The translations under genes were made by a program, and so were the position numbers. A DNA stretch of 64,000 nucleotides from Candidatus Bathyarchaeota archaeon. Its GTDB lineage: Archaea > Thermoproteota > Bathyarchaeia > 40CM-2-53-6. Every line of letters begins with the position of its first letter. The stretch's first letter is position 1. The notes beneath the pieces were generated by a model. That model saw nothing but the letters and a program-made list of their open reading frames with translations, was not told the DNA's origin and made no database searches. The DNA is taken from the NCBI GenBank assembly GCA_963833125.1, contig CAWHWX010000001.1, positions 288,001 to 352,000 of the forward strand, given 5' to 3'. Positions 59,435 through 64,000 of the stretch are shown here, one piece after another.

Positions 59435-60100
59435 CTACGTAACCACAGGTTGCTCGAGAGCATCAACACTCGCTTCATCTAGATCAAGATCGAAGACTTC
59501 CTCGAACCTCCTTCGAACCTGCTCTTTCACATCACGGAACTTCAGGTCTGTCCCAAGCAGGGCTTTCATCGAGGTCATGGTTGAACCAGAGAACCCGCAA
59601 GGGTTAATCTTGTGGAAGTAACTCAAGTCCGTGTTCGCGTTGAGCGCGAATCCGTGAAAGCTTACCCAGTTTCTGATCGCTGCCCCGATTGAAGCAATCT
59701 TCTTGCTTCCTACCCATACACCAGTCTGCTCTCCTCGCCCCCCAGCTATCCCAAACTTCCCAATCGTCAGAATGAGAGTTTGCTCAATATTTCTTAGGAA
59801 TCGATGAATGTCTCGCTCTCTCTCATTCAAGTCTAGAATCGGATAACCCACTACCTGTCCCAAGCCGTGGTACGTCCATTGGCCCCCGCGCTCTATTCGA
59901 TAGACTGGGATGCCATCTATTTGGGGAGGGATGTCCCCAGACACGGCTTTGCCTACTGTGAATACATGTGGATGCTCCACCAAGATCAAGCTATCCGGAA
60001 TCAGTTTCCTCGCTCGAAGATCAACGAGCTTCCGCTGAAGTTCCCAGACTTCTGCATACTCTCGTTGTCCGAGGTCGAGTAGATTTCCTTTCGTTGTCAT
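59435..60100 (-). CDS. lipB: Lipoyl(octanoyl) transferase
   Basis: EHPHVFT.G, RGGQWTYHG.GQ, KIASIG, HGFALN and INPCG. Confidence 0.9.
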   Translation of the reverse strand: MTTKGNLLDLGQREYAEVWELQRKLVDLRARKLIPDSLILVEHPHVFTVGKAVSGDIPPQIDGIPVYRIERGGQWTYHGLGQVVGYPILDLNERERDIHRFLRNIEQTLILTIGKFGIAGGRGEQTGVWVGSKKIASIGAAIRNWVSFHGFALNANTDLSYFHKINPCGFSGSTMTSMKALLGTDLKFRDVKEQVRRRFEEVFDLDLDEASVDALEQPVVT

Positions 60101-61488
60101 TTTTGTAGGATGTGAATCGCTTTTCCTTTTGCTGCCTCGGCTGCCTCCATCACACTTTCTGGTAAAGTGGGGTGGGGGTGAACTGTGAGTCCAATGTCTT
60201 CTAATGTTGCTCCCATTTCTATGGCGAGAGCGGCCTCGCTGATTAGGTCAGAGGCTTCGGTACCAACTATGTGAACACCGAGAACCAAGTCGGAGTTCTT
60301 GTCGGCCACTATCTTGGTGAAACCCTCGGTTTCCCCTGCGAGGAGTGCGCGTCCCAAGGCTGTAAACGGAAACTTCCCAACGATAGGTTCGTACCCCTTT
60401 TCTTTTGCTTGCGATTCGGTGAGGCCGACAGTTGCGATTTCTGGGTCGGTGAATATGACTCCTGGGATCGCATGAAAGTCAGCTTCACTGCTCATTCCCG
60501 CGATAACCTCCGCGGCTACAATCCCTTCCTTGGAGGCCTTGTGTGCGAGCATGGGTGGTCCCACCACATCACCGATCGCATAGATTCCTGGTGAGCTGGT
60601 TTGCATCTTCTTGTTGACTTGAATGAACCCGTGGGAATCAGTTTGGACCCCGGCCTTTTCCAAGCCGATTTCGTCGCTATTTGGACGCCTTCCGACGGTG
60701 ACCAAGACCTTGTCAGCCTCAAATGCGCCTTCCTTCCCGTCCTCTAGGGTGGCGTAGATTTTCCCGTCACGATATTCCTTTGCCTTGGATTTGACATGAT
60801 ATTCAATGCCAAGTTTTCGAAGTGACCTTTCGACGACTCTCACGAGGTCAATGTCGGTTCCCGGGAGAAGTTGGTCTAACATTTCGATTATGGTCACCTT
60901 CGTTCCAAGTTGGGCGTACATAGTTCCCATCTCCAATCCAGTCACGCCGCCCCCGATTATGCCCAACTTTTTCGGGACTTGCTGAAGTGAGAGTGCTTCG
61001 GTTGAGCTGATTATGCTGGTTCCGTTGAACTTGAAAGTGGGAAGGTCGAAGTAACGCGAACCCGTTGCTATGATGATGTCCTTTGCTTCAATGATCTCCG
61101 TCCCAGTCGACTCTTAACTTCAAGCTGGTGAGCGTCAATGAATTTCCCGGATCCTTTTACGAGCTTGACGTTGTTTCCTTTGAGTAGGTAATCGATACCC
61201 GATACTAAGCCGATCGACTACACCCTGTTTCCATGCTTGCACTTTAGCAAAATCTACGTTAACCCCGGTTACCTCTAGGCCAATCTGTTTGGCTGCTTCT
61301 ACCCGCTGTTTTAGTTTCGCGACGCGGATAAGTGCCTTCGAGGGTATACATCCAATGTTTAGGCATACACCGCCTAGCTTTTCTTTTTCTATGAGGATCG
61401 TTTCCTTTCCGAGCTGCCCGAGTCTTATGGCTGCAACATAACCGCCCGGCCCACTCCCAAGCACAGCAGCTTCCGTCTTCTGTGTCAT
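60097..61488 (-). CDS. lpdA: Dihydrolipoyl dehydrogenase (frameshifts near 61100-61200)
   Basis: GSGPGG, GGVCLNIGCIPSK, IIGGG, IGDV and HPHPTLPE. Confidence 0.93.
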
Positions 61489-61714
61489 TTTAACCCCTAA
61501 ATTCAGATTTATGAGGCGAATGTTAGGCTTAATCCTAAAAGTTTGCTTCGACCCTCCCGAACCTCCCGTTCGGATTTCTCCAGCCGTTCAGCCACCTCGT
61601 CGAGTTCGGCTAGGTACTGGATCTCAAATCACCGATTGCTCGCAGAAATCTAGACGTATGGCAAAGCTACGCTAACCTGGTCTACCGTAGCGGTTTAATG
61701 GTAGTCCAGACTGA

Positions 61715-61762
61715 GTTCAAATTCAGTTGCCCGCACCACTAGACCCACACACACTGAACGAC
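61715..61762 (-). repeat. Repeat site (core GTCTAG) with tRNA-3'-like arm
   Basis: Plus strand reads GTTCAAATTCAGTTGCCCGCACCA-CTAGAC-CCACACACAC. Confidence 0.9.
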
Positions 61763-61791
61763 CCGCCGGAAGACTGCCCTCGACTAATTCT

Positions 61792-62127
61792 TCAAGTGTT
61801 CAACGTCCATCCCATTAGATCTCTTACAAGTGTGATCTGTTCGCGTATTACGTCCACAAGCTTCTTCACTGGTTGTAACGCTGCGAGGTATGCGCCTTGC
61901 GACCCGTAAGTTGTTGCAATAAGCTCTTCATGCTGCCGGTTATAATGCTCGCAATGAATGAACAGGTTTCGCAATGCTCTAAATTGGATAGGTTTTAGCT
62001 GAAACAGAAGTCCACTCGACTTTGCGACTTCCCATGAATCAAGAGGGATGTACGGAAGCTTATCGGAGTCAAGTTCGTGAAACACTTGATCCATCACATC
62101 AACCTCTTCTCTCAGTAACAAAAGCAA
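61792..62127 (-). CDS. Hypothetical helical protein
   Basis: ORF co-oriented and closely spaced with the two upstream genes. Confidence 0.5.
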   Translation of the reverse strand: MLLLLREEVDVMDQVFHELDSDKLPYIPLDSWEVAKSSGLLFQLKPIQFRALRNLFIHCEHYNRQHEELIATTYGSQGAYLAALQPVKKLVDVIREQITLVRDLMGWTLNT

Positions 62128-62132
62128 CTTGC

Positions 62133-62726
62133 CTAGGTCGCCTTCCTGTTTCTCCCACTTCCGTTGAGCGGCGGGTATGCGATAAGTAACACGAATTGAG
62201 TGGGATTTAGCGAAATCTGTTCGAAGAGACCCTCGTAGCCACAGACTGGTTTATCGCAACGGTTCGGTGCAACAAGCTCTGGGGTATACTCGGTTCTGCA
62301 ACGAGGGCATCTAACCATACGCTTTCCTGACCACGCAATCGTCGCGAATCCAGCATTGGCATAGATTGGTGCCCAACTTTCCGCGTCGAGTTGAGGAATG
62401 ACAACACTAACAGTGTCAGTTGGGTGGCTTCTCTTGTACTTTTTGAGTTGTCTTAGTGTTCCTCCGATATCATATTCGTGAATCTCCCCAACCCGCAAAA
62501 CCTTGACGTGCGTCTTTATCTCGAATCTTAGTCTATGATTCGAGGTCGTGGCTGAAACATCGGGCCAGCCTTCCCCAGAAGGATCTTCCAGATCGAAGCC
62601 CAAGAGATCTTCCCGCACCAGTTCTTTTGTGATTGTTCTTAGACCACCATCCAGAACAAACGTGCGAGCAACATCATCCTGAAGAGTCACTGACCGGACA
62701 CTTCCTACTCCTTTGCAATGGATCAC
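62133..62726 (-). CDS. Putative PD-(D/E)XK nuclease with inserted zinc ribbon
   Basis: WPDV...FEIKT and QLKKY helix; CPRC...CDKPVC. Confidence 0.65.
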   Translation of the reverse strand: MIHCKGVGSVRSVTLQDDVARTFVLDGGLRTITKELVREDLLGFDLEDPSGEGWPDVSATTSNHRLRFEIKTHVKVLRVGEIHEYDIGGTLRQLKKYKRSHPTDTVSVVIPQLDAESWAPIYANAGFATIAWSGKRMVRCPRCRTEYTPELVAPNRCDKPVCGYEGLFEQISLNPTQFVLLIAYPPLNGSGRNRKAT

Positions 62727-62759
62727 GTCTGGGAGACATTATGTGATCTCCACACTGTT

Positions 62760-63566
62760 CTAGGTTTTGGTTATTGGAATGCCAAAGTCGGCAAAAGTCT
62801 TCTGGATCTCAGAATTGGCCAGACTTACTGCTATCCCGTATAGACTTGGTATCTTTATCCAAATTTCTTGGCCGTTCTTCTCCAAATGCCTTTGACGAAC
62901 TGGCATGGGTTGAAAGCGTGTGCAAATAGCATGAACATTTCCAGTCGATTGAGCGATAATAGGTCCACCGCTATTTCCGTAGTTCAAAGCCTTGTCAAGC
63001 ACGTATACCTTTGTATCCGCCGCGGACATCACCATTCTTGACTTCTCGAAAGTTGAAGAAACTATTGCAGATGTAACTCGCGGGGAATGCTCAACTATTC
63101 CGACTGTTGCGCCCGGCATTTCGAATGATTTTGCCATCGACAATGGGTACCCAAATGAGTATACGGGCTCTCCCTCCTCCAAGTCGCGCACTGAAGTGAG
63201 TATGTAGGGAAACTCAGTTTTTCCTTGTAGCCAAGCCTTGTTGGAGTTCTTTGCGAAATCAACTTTTATTAGCGCAAAATCATTTTTCGAATCTACATGT
63301 TTTAGCTCAACGTACTGACACATGTCTCCGGGTCTCCCTTGCCCTGGTCGAGATTCTTTCATCAACCAAGCCTGGTTGACATCATCTCGAACTTTTGCTG
63401 ACTCACCTTCGCCATGCATTACGACATGTGCAGCCGTAGCAAACCAGCCGTCACTTGACACGAAGAAACCTGTTCCTGCAGGTGTTGGCAGACCTTTGTT
63501 CAAATCGCTGGGAAGATCGATAGAGAACGTGGCAGTTTGTGTTCGACTAAGGGTTTTCCTAATCAT
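62760..63566 (-). CDS. Trypsin-like serine protease, no signal peptide
   Basis: GTGFFV, TAAHV, DFALI, GYP and GNSGGP. Confidence 0.9.
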   Translation of the reverse strand: MIRKTLSRTQTATFSIDLPSDLNKGLPTPAGTGFFVSSDGWFATAAHVVMHGEGESAKVRDDVNQAWLMKESRPGQGRPGDMCQYVELKHVDSKNDFALIKVDFAKNSNKAWLQGKTEFPYILTSVRDLEEGEPVYSFGYPLSMAKSFEMPGATVGIVEHSPRVTSAIVSSTFEKSRMVMSAADTKVYVLDKALNYGNSGGPIIAQSTGNVHAICTRFQPMPVRQRHLEKNGQEIWIKIPSLYGIAVSLANSEIQKTFADFGIPITKT

Positions 63567-63822
63567 CGATTGTACCTTCTATCCTTGCAGCGACCTTACG
63601 ATACACTCGAAAACTTTTTCGACCTTTGGCGTTTTGTCGGAGATAATGAAGCGTACTCTTGCCAATGCCCCGTTGTTTGGCATGAGATCCAGTGAGCGAG
63701 AATCTTAGCGCGCATTCCAAGATCCGCATTTCGTACTAGCCTTGGTGCAGGATAGTCCGCACTACAATTTCAACACGCCGAACAGTAGCGCGTCACGGCC
63801 GGCGGCTGCGAAGAGTGGTGCA

Positions 63823-63843
63823 GGGTGTGGGTATTCATGGTTT
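63823..63843 (+). repeat. Degenerate copy of the repeat site
   Basis: GGGTGTGG-GTATTCA-TGGTTTG. Confidence 0.3.
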
Positions 63844-64000
63844 GAGGTTTGTAAGTTTATGGCGAGTTGGGGATGTTTATGAAATCAATATGCTTTCGTT
63901 TCTTGGAACTTGGATAGACATAAGAAGAATCAATGGTAACCTTCCGGCCTGCAATGACCCGAAGAACAAAGGTCCCGAAACAGATCGAAGCAAGCGTTCT

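Noticed and set aside
61650-61738. Complete tRNA gene ending GTTCAAAT...CGCACCA
   Set aside because: No 5' acceptor strand complementary to TGCCCGC and no anticodon arm; only a 3' fragment.

Overview
This 64-kb window is archaeal. The markers are Alba, archaeal cobY/cobZ, PEF-CTERM-like sorting signals and frequent TTG/GTG starts; a TACK lineage such as Bathyarchaeia is my inference only. Many genes are split by single-base indels, most likely long-read assembly errors. The flanks carry metabolic genes: cobamide lower-ligand salvage (cobZ-cobS-cobY plus CblT/CblS-like genes), purine/amidohydrolase genes, peptidases, moaA, lipB-lpdA and hbd. The centre (about 26-48 kb) is a string of small unrelated accessory genes (GyrI-like, GNAT, SRPBCC, cupin, EamA, SET, MBL-fold, RAD55-like, EYP-CTERM surface proteins). 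The main unexplained signal is a family of about 16 clear and 4 degenerate intergenic sites with consensus GTGTGTGG-N6-TGGTGCG. These sites delimit the accessory genes, sometimes as matched pairs with an identical N6 core, and also occur as tandem gene-free units. In seven copies the site contains a 24-nt block with the exact geometry of a tRNA 3' end (T-loop to CCA). I infer a candidate tRNA-derived, site-specific gene-cassette system. No recombinase, complete tRNA, rRNA or CRISPR array was found in the window.
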